Shown in pieces: positions 1-7,582 of a stretch of 20,385 nucleotides of DNA; position 1 is the first letter of the stretch, and each line of letters opens with the position of its first letter. The stretch is from an archaeon (GTDB lineage Archaea > Iainarchaeota > Iainarchaeia > Iainarchaeales > Iainarchaeaceae). The DNA is taken from NCBI GenBank assembly GCA_035289485.1, contig DATDXA010000027.1:1-20385 (forward strand). Direction: 5' to 3'. The notes below the pieces were generated by a model. The model searched no databases. It was given only the letters and a program-made list of their open reading frames with translations, and was not told the DNA's origin. Both the position numbers and the translations under genes were made by a program.

Positions 1-57
1 AATTTTTTCCTACAGCCGCGCGGCATTCGGCTTAAACCTTTCGCCCTCTTGTGAGGC

Positions 58-71
58 CAAAAGGATTTAAT
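58..71 (+). promoter_or_regulatory. Putative archaeal BRE/TATA promoter for the small ORF + homing endonuclease operon
   Basis: CAAAAGGATTTAAT: purine-rich element followed by TTTAAT, resembling AAAAGGGATTTAAAT upstream of the second PCNA gene in this window. Confidence 0.45.
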
Positions 72-90
72 GCCTCTGCCGCGCCAAAAA

Positions 91-120
91 GCCTCCGGAA
101 AAAATTCCTTTCACGGAGGT
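91..120 (+). promoter_or_regulatory. Stem-loop sequestering the Shine-Dalgarno sequence of ORF 128..277
   Basis: GCCTCCG-GAAA (91-101) pairs with TTTC-A-CGGAGGT (109-120), with one bulged A and a 7-nt loop; the 3' arm contains the SD GGAGGT. Confidence 0.5.
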
Positions 121-127
121 GGTTCGA

Positions 128-277
128 ATGGAGTTTTCAAAAGAATTTCAAATTCTTCCTCCGACATCGGAGGAAATAATCGCGGCACAAAAGTTGCTGG
201 AAACGGATTCAGAATTCCTTACAGACAGGGAACTCTGGATTTTGTCAAACTATTTTGAGGAAGGTGATTGGGAATGA
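128..277 (+). CDS. Small acidic hypothetical protein (49 aa, MEFSKEFQILPPTSEEIIAAQKLLETDSEFLTDRELWILSNYFEEGDWE), not in the ORF track
   Basis: Translated by hand. SD GGAGGTG at 115-121 precedes ATG 128; its TGA (275-277) overlaps the endonuclease ATG (274) as ATGA, suggesting translational coupling. Confidence 0.7.
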   Translation: MEFSKEFQILPPTSEEIIAAQKLLETDSEFLTDRELWILSNYFEEGDWE

Positions 278-1362
278 ACTGTATGGCTTTGCCATACTTG
301 GCACCGGCACCGAACCCTGCACCGGAATATAATCCTCTCAAAGAGGCTTCTGTTATGGTGCCTCTTATCACTGAGCAGGATATCATTAGCACATATTCTG
401 CCAAAGAACAGTTTTCTTGCAGGAAATATTCTGAGTACCAGAAACTGATTGCAGAAAATCCAAGCTTTGGTTACAAGAGGGCTGCCAAAATTCTGGGAGT
501 CAAACCCGGAAAGACCCGCTGGTGGCACACCAAGGGCGAGAAGCGGGCGGTTCCATTGCCGCTCAAGGCTGCGCAAAAACTCAAAGACGCCGGGCTTCTT
601 CCATTTTACGAAAATCACAAAGACGCCGAGATTATCTTCAATATGCTCGGTGTATTGTTTGGCGATGGCGGAGTAGATGCCCTCTACAACGGGGTTGCAT
701 TCATCTCTTCGGACAAGAACGACATTGATTTGTGGGAATCAGATTTGCGCAGGGCATTTCCTTCAGCAAATGGGAAGATTGATATTATTGAAGGCGGGGA
801 ATACGGTCACTCGTATAATATCCGGTGTTACGACCGCTCAGTTATCAGATTTTTTGCGGCGTTAGGCGCTCCGGTCGGGGACAAAGTAAGCATTGTGTAC
901 TCCTTGCCAAAATGGATTTTCAACTCTTCGGATAACTCAAGGGCGGCTTTCCTTGACGGCTATCTTGCTGCTGAAGTTTCCGTAGTGAGATGGCGAGCCG
1001 ACTCGCTTGGAAATTTCCGATTTACCGATTTTGCCGTGGGCATTTCAAAGATTGAATTCCTTGAAAATGAGCACCGAATATTTATGAAAAGCCTTGAGGC
1101 GCTTCTTAAATCTGTCGGGATTCAAACCACAGGGAACATCCACAAAAACTCCGGTGCCGGCACACACCGCAAAGACGGTGCCTTTAGCGCCTCTTATAGA
1201 ATATTCATAAGAACGACTTTTCATCGTGTGCTTTTCTTCAACGAGAAATTTCAGTTACGGTACGCGTCATGGAAAAAGAGGAAAATGGTGAAAGTAATAC
1301 AAAAGGCCGTTTACGAGAAAAACGGCCAGCAAATCCCAGAAAATTACCTGCCAGAAAGTTAA
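274..1362 (+). CDS. Free-standing LAGLIDADG homing endonuclease (intein-type, with N-terminal HTH)
   Basis: Two LAGLIDADG-like helices, MLGVLFGDGG and FLDGYLAAEV; intein-endonuclease-type segment RFFAALGAPVGDK..LPKWI; HTH-like GYKRAAKILGVKPGKTRWW. No intein splicing blocks at either end. ATG 274 is preferred over TTG 268 (GAAGGTGA SD, ATGA overlap). Confidence 0.88.
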   Translation: MNCMALPYLAPAPNPAPEYNPLKEASVMVPLITEQDIISTYSAKEQFSCRKYSEYQKLIAENPSFGYKRAAKILGVKPGKTRWWHTKGEKRAVPLPLKAAQKLKDAGLLPFYENHKDAEIIFNMLGVLFGDGGVDALYNGVAFISSDKNDIDLWESDLRRAFPSANGKIDIIEGGEYGHSYNIRCYDRSVIRFFAALGAPVGDKVSIVYSLPKWIFNSSDNSRAAFLDGYLAAEVSVVRWRADSLGNFRFTDFAVGISKIEFLENEHRIFMKSLEALLKSVGIQTTGNIHKNSGAGTHRKDGAFSASYRIFIRTTFHRVLFFNEKFQLRYASWKKRKMVKVIQKAVYEKNGQQIPENYLPES

Positions 1363-1394
1363 ACCGGGTGTGTCAAATTATACTAGGCGATTCA

Positions 1395-1763
1395 ATGGAA
1401 AAAATTGATGGGCTCGAAGAAAAAGTAATGCTATTAATTAAAGCCAGGCAGGCCGGAAAACTTTCAGATTTAAGGCAATACCACGAAGCGCTTTCGGATT
1501 TGGATAGGGAACTGCTCGAATCAATCTTCACTGAAACTTGGGTACGTGGTTCTTTCTACAAAAAGCCAATGGGCTATGCCGAGAGAATGGGCCTGATAAT
1601 TGCAAAATACCCCGATGCTTACAAGCCTTGGGACAAAAACCAGGAAGAGAAACTAATCGAACTGCACAATGGTGGGAAATCAATAAGTGAAATCGGCGAA
1701 CTAATGCTCAGGCAGAAGGGTGCCATTAGTGCGAGGCTGAAAAGGCTCGGAGTGATAAAATAA
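1395..1763 (+). CDS. Small protein with C-terminal Myb/HTH-like DNA-binding domain (122 aa)
   Basis: C-terminal AYKPWDKNQEEKLIELHNGGKSISEIGELMLRQKGAISARLKRLG fits the W-x-x-x-E-x-x-x-L...G-x-S-I-x-E-I...R-x-x-G-A-I-x-x-R-L helix-turn-helix pattern. ATG 1395 avoids the overlap with the endonuclease gene. Confidence 0.7.
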   Translation: MEKIDGLEEKVMLLIKARQAGKLSDLRQYHEALSDLDRELLESIFTETWVRGSFYKKPMGYAERMGLIIAKYPDAYKPWDKNQEEKLIELHNGGKSISEIGELMLRQKGAISARLKRLGVIK

Positions 1764-1811
1764 CAAATCGTACCACAAAGAATTATAATTCCATTAACGG
1801 AAGTATCTCTT

Positions 1812-2495
1812 ATGGCCGGATTATTTGCGCACGAGTGGATTGCAAAACTGGTTTTGGGTAAGCTTTCCAAAAGGGGCTTCATTTCTGGCTACGAAAACAT
1901 CGATGATTATTTTTTCGGGGCAATAGCTCCTGATATAAGATACATAAACAATTCAGGGCGGGACATCACGCACCGGCCTTTTGGGGAGAATTCTATTTTT
2001 GAGGCATTGAAGGTAAGTAGTTCTTCAATGCCTTTCATTGCAGGCTATGAAACGCACTTAATTGTTGACGGCACATGGGCAAATGACAACGGTGCACTTG
2101 GAAGGAGCATCTACCAAAATTATGGCGTTAACGCAAATAATCCCATCCAAAAATTTTCCCTGTATCTGGCTGTTGATGATTATTTTCAGGCGGAAGCCGA
2201 TTGGGTTTTTCCTTTCGAAAGTTCAGGCAATATCCTGCGGGCAGATGACCTGTCTATTTTATTGAAACTTGGGTTCGGGCAGAAAGATATTGCCATATTC
2301 AAGGCAGCCGCAGCGGCATATGTGCGGGCTCCCGGGATTATCAATTTCAGGCCATTTAACATTCTGCCGAATAATTTTGACGAAACACTGCTAAGAAAAA
2401 TTGCCGACCAAATTCCTGCGATGACTTCTTTTCTCAAGGAGTTCAGGGATGTTTCGGTAGAAAAGTGCGTGGAGTCCTTGGAGCGGTATTTATGA
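1812..2495 (+). CDS. Zinc-dependent phospholipase C / P1-nuclease-fold family protein
   Basis: N-terminal His (AHEWIA), FFGAIAPD, ITH and AGYETHLIVD match the metal-ligand pattern of the Zn_dep_PLPC family; no signal peptide; substrate unknown. Confidence 0.7.
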   Translation: MAGLFAHEWIAKLVLGKLSKRGFISGYENIDDYFFGAIAPDIRYINNSGRDITHRPFGENSIFEALKVSSSSMPFIAGYETHLIVDGTWANDNGALGRSIYQNYGVNANNPIQKFSLYLAVDDYFQAEADWVFPFESSGNILRADDLSILLKLGFGQKDIAIFKAAAAAYVRAPGIINFRPFNILPNNFDETLLRKIADQIPAMTSFLKEFRDVSVEKCVESLERYL

Positions 2496-2620
2496 TAACG
2501 CCCCAAAAAATATTCATGATTTTTACACTGGTGTTTCTTGCCATTATCCTAGTTTTCGCCCTGTTCAGTTACGGCAGCCTCATGCTCTATTTCTACAATT
2601 TTTTCACTGCCGTGGACTGA
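2492..2620 (+). CDS. Small membrane peptide (42 aa, MITPQKIFMIFTLVFLAIILVFALFSYGSLMLYFYNFFTAVD), not in the ORF track
   Basis: ATGA overlap with the stop of the upstream gene; long uninterrupted hydrophobic stretch; fills the gap before the lon-C promoter. Confidence 0.55.
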   Translation: MITPQKIFMIFTLVFLAIILVFALFSYGSLMLYFYNFFTAVD

Positions 2621-2640
2621 TTGGCTTAACATAATGCACC

Positions 2641-2649
2641 CTATATAAT
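2641..2649 (+). promoter_or_regulatory. TATA box for the IntC-Lon(C) gene
   Basis: CTATATAAT lies about 25-30 nt upstream of ATG 2672, the spacing expected for a leaderless archaeal transcript. Confidence 0.55.
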
Positions 2650-2671
2650 GATTTTGGAATCACTAGCTATC

Positions 2672-2794
2672 ATGGAATTCAGGGCTAAAGAGGAAAATGT
2701 CACTTCCGTGCAGAAGCGCCCGTTCAAGGGCCATGTTTACAATGTCACAACCGAGACCGGAAATCTCTTTGTTGAAGATATTCTCGTTCACAAT
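2672..2794 (+). other. C-terminal half (IntC, 41 aa) of a split intein
   Basis: Block F-like [13 protein letters not shown] and block G ILVHN followed by Ser+1 (SGGLGTPPH). In-frame stops at 2618-2620 and 2627-2629 show that no N-terminal intein part is contiguous. Confidence 0.9.
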
Positions 2795-4102
2795 TCCGGC
2801 GGCCTTGGAACCCCGCCTCATTTGCGCGTGGAGCCCGGAATGATTCACCGCGCCTCTGGCGGAGTTTTGTTCATTGATGAGATTGCAACCCTTTCCATGA
2901 AATCTCAGCAGGAGCTTCTCACTGCAATGCAGGAGAAAAAATATCCAATTACAGGCCAGAGCGAGATGAGCTCGGGCGCAATGACGCGCACCGAGCCTAT
3001 CCCGTGCGATTTTGTCCTTGTTGCCGCGGGAAATTATGAGGACCTTGAGAAGGTTCACCCGGCACTTCGCTCAAGGATTCGCGGGTACGGATATGAAGTT
3101 TACATGAACCTTGAAATGGACGATAATGAGGAGAACAGAAACAAGATTGTGCAGTTCGTTGCGCAGGAAGTCACAAACGATGGGAAGATTTCGCATTTTG
3201 CAATGGACGCCGTTGAGGAAATAATTTTCGAGGCAAGAAGGCGCGCCGGAAGAAAAAACAAGCTAACCCTTAAGCTGCGTGATCTCGGAGGCCTCGTGCG
3301 CGCGGCAGGAGACATTGCAAAAGAAAAGAACCACAAGTTCACAACGCGCCAGGACATCATAGAGGCGAGAATGAGCGCAAAAACTCTTGAGCAGCAGATG
3401 GTTGGCAAGATGATTGATGAGAAGAAGGATTACGATGTTTATTTGCGCGAGGGCTCGGCAATAGGGCGCGTAAATGGCCTTGCCGTAATGGCAGATGGCG
3501 ATGCCGGCCTTGTAATGCCAATCGAAGCCGAGATTGCGCCCGCGCAATCCGCAAGCGAAGGAAAGCTGATTGCAACAGGAAAGCTTGGGGAAATTGCAAA
3601 GGAAGCCGTGCAGAATGTTTCGGCAATAATTAAGCGCCTCTCAGGCAAGGACATTTCAAAGAGCGATCTGCACATCCAATTCCTGCAATCTTATAGCGGC
3701 GTTGAGGGGGATTCTGCTTCAGTTAGCGTTGCAACAGCGGTTGTTTCCGCGCTTGAAGGGATTCCGGTCAAGCAAAGCCTTGCAATGACCGGCTCTCTAA
3801 GTGTTCGCGGCGAAGTCATGCCGGTTGGCGGAGTGACTTCAAAAGTTTCAGCGGCAATTACTGCGGGGTTTGCAGAAGTGATAATTCCAAAGTCCAATAT
3901 GGGCGATGTTGTGCTGACCGCGGAGCAGGCAAAGAAGGTGACCCTTATCGCGGTTTCAAATCTTTCCGAAGTTTTAGAGAATGCGTTCGTGAAAGGCGAG
4001 AAAAAGGACAGGCTGCTTGCAAGCCTTAAGAAGCTGATGAAGGATGCCTCGGCGAAAGATTCGGTGAAGGGAAAGCCGGGCGCCGCAATAACTTCAATTT
4101 AA
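2672..4102 (+). CDS. lon: ATP-dependent protease LonB, C-terminal part, fused to IntC
   Basis: [20 protein letters not shown], Walker [10 protein letters not shown], sensor-1 LVAAGN, Arg finger [13 protein letters not shown], catalytic Ser GVEGDSAS and Lys GGVTSKV. Walker A and the N-terminal region are absent. Alternative start ATG 2648. Confidence 0.95.
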   Translation: MEFRAKEENVTSVQKRPFKGHVYNVTTETGNLFVEDILVHNSGGLGTPPHLRVEPGMIHRASGGVLFIDEIATLSMKSQQELLTAMQEKKYPITGQSEMSSGAMTRTEPIPCDFVLVAAGNYEDLEKVHPALRSRIRGYGYEVYMNLEMDDNEENRNKIVQFVAQEVTNDGKISHFAMDAVEEIIFEARRRAGRKNKLTLKLRDLGGLVRAAGDIAKEKNHKFTTRQDIIEARMSAKTLEQQMVGKMIDEKKDYDVYLREGSAIGRVNGLAVMADGDAGLVMPIEAEIAPAQSASEGKLIATGKLGEIAKEAVQNVSAIIKRLSGKDISKSDLHIQFLQSYSGVEGDSASVSVATAVVSALEGIPVKQSLAMTGSLSVRGEVMPVGGVTSKVSAAITAGFAEVIIPKSNMGDVVLTAEQAKKVTLIAVSNLSEVLENAFVKGEKKDRLLASLKKLMKDASAKDSVKGKPGAAITSI

Positions 4103-4113
4103 TTAGGCTATTT

Positions 4114-5349
4114 TCAATTCAGCAAAATTCTTCCTTCGCTGAAAATGAAATCCCCGTTCTTTAGTTTCTGCGTCTTGTTCGTGCTCTTGTTCTTGAACTC
4201 GACGCTCTCGCGCGAATTTATCGATTCAACAGTGCCAATCCACTTGCCGTCCCTGCTATAAACCGGCAGACCCACAAGGAGCTTTGTGATTTTCTTGCGC
4301 AAATCAAGAACCTGTGAAACCCTGTATGCCGCAAGCCCGACAATGAACATCGCAAAAGCGTTTATGCCAAACCATGTAATGTCCGCGTACGGCTTGCCAA
4401 CTATTACCTGCCTTCCTGCATCGAGTATGTACCAGAGTATGAACACAGCCGCCGCTGAGAGGAAATATTTCCTGATGTTGTATGCCCTCTTAAGCTGCAG
4501 CGCATCCACGCTCTTTCCTATGACAAATGAAATCGATGAGAGTGCCAAAAAAAGAAGCATCTGCCCGATCGCTTCGGAGACCCTCACAAGGATTGTTCTT
4601 CCAAGCAGGCTGAATTCAATTACCGAGGCGTATACCCCGAACACGAAAAGCAATATTGTCATGAGGTAGAAGGGAAAGCTCACGCGCTGCAGCGAGAGGC
4701 TGCCAATAACCGTTTTCACGGCGCCGGCAATCCTGTATTCAAGCCCTGTTCCCTTTAGTATCAAATATGTTCCCACTACAAGCAGCATGCTCCGGAAGAA
4801 GAGCTCTTCAGAGTTCATGAATGCGAGTATTCCCCAGAGCAAAACAACCGTTCCGGGAACGAGTATGAATGTGCGCGTGAAATCGGGGTCCTGCAGCGCC
4901 CTTTTTATTGTAAAATAAGTGCTCTCAACTTCGGATGCCTGTGAAACTATTATTGTCTCTTTTGAAACTATCGGCGCCCTGCTCTGCAGAATCGGTATTA
5001 CTTGGTCATCCTCAGCGCCGTCCGTTACAAGCACAAAGCCTGTAGCCGGGAATTTGTCAAGCACCATTTCAAGCTGTTGGGAAATTTTCCTATCGGACTC
5101 ATACCCTGTTTTTCCATGGCCTGTGAGCACCGCAACTTGCGCATTGGATGTTGCCTTTACTTCCTCGTATTTTTTCACGGCGCCAAAGATGCTGTTTGAA
5201 TCTGAATCTGTCGGGTCTGCAAGCGCGAGTTTTGCCGCGGCCTTGATGCATTCATCCTTGCCTATAATGGGCCCCTGCACCCCCGCCTTTCTTCCAAGGT
5301 CGTTGTCGCGGTCAACGCACAAAACCAGTATATTTTCGTTCTTATCCAT
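4114..5349 (-). CDS. DUF373 family membrane protein with a C-terminal PRC-barrel-like domain
   Basis: LVLCVDRDNDLGRKAGV..GP, LADPTDSDSN and VTDGAEDD motifs, several transmembrane helices, C-terminal LVGLPVYSRDGKWIGTVESI. Confidence 0.85.
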   Translation of the reverse strand: MDKNENILVLCVDRDNDLGRKAGVQGPIIGKDECIKAAAKLALADPTDSDSNSIFGAVKKYEEVKATSNAQVAVLTGHGKTGYESDRKISQQLEMVLDKFPATGFVLVTDGAEDDQVIPILQSRAPIVSKETIIVSQASEVESTYFTIKRALQDPDFTRTFILVPGTVVLLWGILAFMNSEELFFRSMLLVVGTYLILKGTGLEYRIAGAVKTVIGSLSLQRVSFPFYLMTILLFVFGVYASVIEFSLLGRTILVRVSEAIGQMLLFLALSSISFVIGKSVDALQLKRAYNIRKYFLSAAAVFILWYILDAGRQVIVGKPYADITWFGINAFAMFIVGLAAYRVSQVLDLRKKITKLLVGLPVYSRDGKWIGTVESINSRESVEFKNKSTNKTQKLKNGDFIFSEGRILLN

Positions 5350-5376
5350 TAGCAAGCACTAACCCAAAGCCAGATA

Positions 5377-5388
5377 CCTATATATAGG
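5377..5388. promoter_or_regulatory. Palindromic TATA box in the divergent DUF373/SPFH intergenic region
   Basis: CCTATATATAGG, a perfect palindrome about 30 nt upstream of the DUF373 ATG on the minus strand. Confidence 0.5.
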
Positions 5389-5438
5389 ATTCCAGCATTT
5401 AATAATTTATTATCAAGGTTTAATTAAGGTTTTCTGAA

Positions 5439-6485
5439 ATGGTGTCTTTGAAGGACCAGGGGCATTCTGCCGCAGACCACGAGTTTGAGGAGCATCCTCA
5501 CGGTGAAACCCGCGGCCATCCGTCACATGACGAAAAGGAGAAGAATTTCAAGCAGGGCATTTTCATTGCGCTGCTCGCTGTTTTTGCGCTCATTCTTTTT
5601 TTCGTGCTCAAAACCTTTTCCGCGCTTTTGCCAAATCTTTGGTGGATTGTAATCGTTGTGCTGATACTCTATTTCATTTCAAGCTATGGCTACCTTCTCC
5701 AGCTCGCAGATTATGAAAGGGCTGTCATTTTCCGCCTTGGAAAAGTAAATCGTGTGGGTGGCCCTGGCTGGGCGCTTGCGTTCCCGCCGATTGAGGCTTA
5801 TAATGTCGTTGATTTGCGCACAAAAACTTTGGATATTCCAAAGCAGGAAGTCGTAACAAAGGACAATATTGAGGTCACTGTTGATGCAGTCATTTATCTC
5901 AAAATAGACAAGGACAACCAGTCCGTGATAAACAGCATCATTGAAGTTGATGATTACCTAAAGGCATCAGAGCTTTTTGTTTCAGGCCTAATCAGGGACA
6001 AGGCCGGCTCAATGGATTTAAGCGAACTCATTTCCAATGTAGAGGAACTAAATGTCGTGCTCAAAAAAGAGCTTGAGAGGCTTGCAAAGAAATGGGGCGT
6101 TGTAGTTGAGGAAGCGGTGATACAGGACATACAAATCCCAAAGGATGTTCTTGACTCGATGCATGCGCAAAAAATTGCGGTGCAAAATAAGCTCGCGCGC
6201 CTTGAGAGGGCCGAAGGGCACAGGGCGGAAATTGAGGCCGTGATGTCTGCTGCCGAGAAGCTAAATGACCGCGCGCTTGCTTACTACTACATCAAGGCAC
6301 TTGGAAAGCTCGGCGAGAGCAAGAGCACGAAAGTGATTTTCCCAATGGAACTTACAAACCTTGCAAAATCCCTTTCAGGCGATAAGGGGCTTTCTTCGGA
6401 CGCTCTCGAAGGGCTTTTTCGAAAGTACGCGCCGCTTGTAAAATCGCTTGCGCAAAAAGAAAAGAAAAAAGGGAAGAAGAAATAA
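5439..6485 (+). CDS. SPFH/band 7 (stomatin-like) membrane protein
   Basis: YERAVIFRLGK, GPG, VDLRTKTLDIPKQEVVTKDNIEVTVDAVIY, KWGVVVE..IQDI, KVIFPMEL; two N-terminal transmembrane helices. Confidence 0.92.
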   Translation: MVSLKDQGHSAADHEFEEHPHGETRGHPSHDEKEKNFKQGIFIALLAVFALILFFVLKTFSALLPNLWWIVIVVLILYFISSYGYLLQLADYERAVIFRLGKVNRVGGPGWALAFPPIEAYNVVDLRTKTLDIPKQEVVTKDNIEVTVDAVIYLKIDKDNQSVINSIIEVDDYLKASELFVSGLIRDKAGSMDLSELISNVEELNVVLKKELERLAKKWGVVVEEAVIQDIQIPKDVLDSMHAQKIAVQNKLARLERAEGHRAEIEAVMSAAEKLNDRALAYYYIKALGKLGESKSTKVIFPMELTNLAKSLSGDKGLSSDALEGLFRKYAPLVKSLAQKEKKKGKKK

Positions 6486-6514
6486 GTTCGCAAAAAAAAT
6501 TCCAAGCAGGCTTC

Positions 6515-7495
6515 TCATTTCCCAGATTCCCTAATCCTATTGAGCCTGTATCTCACCGAAGGAATATAGAGAACCATGTAGAGAGCAACGAATGCAACCA
6601 CTCCGCCAACCGCGGCTTCCCAGTAATTGAATATTTCCGCGGTTTCGATAAATGCGCCAATGAGAAGCGTTACAAGCGCGAGCATTAGCAGAAGCACCGT
6701 ATCAATGAACACTATGCGAATCTCGTGCTTTTTGAATGTTTTTTTCGATATTGCAGAGGATATTATTCCGCCGGCAATCGCGGCTATGAAGTATGCCATG
6801 ATTTCAGGGATCCCGTGCGGCAGATAGCTAATCGCGCGCACGATTCCCGCATCAAGGCTTTTTGAAGTTATCTCAAGGCCCACAAAAAGCCCGATTACCG
6901 ATGCGTTCCATCCCAAAAGGAAAAGGGCCCCCGCGCCCCATATTAAAGAAAATATTATCGCAAGCACCATCACCCAGTTGTTGTTGTTAAATATCAGCCG
7001 GAAACAGGCCTCAAAGCTTTTTGTTTGCGAGTTAAAGCACTCCTCCGCCCCCACGACTTTTCCGGTTATGCCGCTGTAAACATTTTGCTGCTCTGAAAAT
7101 ACCTTGTCCTTTTCAGGGAGCATGCACGAGAGGCCAAAAGGCGATGATTTGCAGTCCGCATTGCTCTCAGGCAGGGCAACTGCCCAGAAGCTGTATGTGA
7201 TTATCATCCCGACAAAAATCCAGCCGTATATGTGCAGGACATCAAAGTGCGTTCCAATGAATGAAAATGGCATGTCCTCTTCTGAAACCTCCTTCTCCTC
7301 GCTTCTTGCAAGGAGCTCATTGATTATTGGCATAAATGCAAGGGAAACGAAGGCAATCGCAAGCACCGAGCTGCTTTCGGGGAATGTGTGGTATGCGATA
7401 AAGAGTGAAATTGTGGTGATGGCAAAAGCGATGAAAAAGAGGGTTATAGGGTGCCTTTCTGCGCCTTCTGTCGTAATAAGCGATTCGAGCACCAT
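6515..7495 (-). CDS. Stage II sporulation protein M (SpoIIM)-family integral membrane protein
   Basis: Multi-pass hydrophobic protein with IFNNN, WNASVIG, LPHGIPEIMAYFIAAIAG and GAFIE motifs. Confidence 0.8.
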   Translation of the reverse strand: MVLESLITTEGAERHPITLFFIAFAITTISLFIAYHTFPESSSVLAIAFVSLAFMPIINELLARSEEKEVSEEDMPFSFIGTHFDVLHIYGWIFVGMIITYSFWAVALPESNADCKSSPFGLSCMLPEKDKVFSEQQNVYSGITGKVVGAEECFNSQTKSFEACFRLIFNNNNWVMVLAIIFSLIWGAGALFLLGWNASVIGLFVGLEITSKSLDAGIVRAISYLPHGIPEIMAYFIAAIAGGIISSAISKKTFKKHEIRIVFIDTVLLLMLALVTLLIGAFIETAEIFNYWEAAVGGVVAFVALYMVLYIPSVRYRLNRIRESGK

Positions 7496-7582
7496 TACAG
7501 CAAAACAGCCGTAGTGGTTTAAATAGGTTTCTGGGGACTGATTAGTAATTGTTAGGCAATCAATTTTTCAGGGGTTTTTTGA

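Larger units (their letters stand above)
128..2794 (+). mobile_element. Right part of a putative split-intein/homing-endonuclease element interrupting lon (left boundary lies outside the window)
   Basis: Endonuclease and passenger ORFs directly upstream of an orphan C-intein fused to the C-terminal part of Lon. Confidence 0.6.

Noticed and set aside
1..127. Possible 3' end of the lon-N/IntN gene at the window start
   Set aside because: All three forward frames stop by position 70 and none shows Lon or intein motifs; it cannot be supported from this window.
70..258. ORF-track 62-aa ORF
   Set aside because: No SD and low-complexity translation; the overlapping frame 128..277 has a strong SD and an ATGA coupling.
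1269..1394. N-terminal extension of the HTH ORF
   Set aside because: Overlaps the endonuclease gene by 94 nt; ATG 1395 gives a non-overlapping gene.
274..2794. One contiguous cis-intein broken only by sequencing frameshifts
   Set aside because: 1.3 kb with three intact unrelated ORFs and a separate TATA box lie between the endonuclease and IntC.
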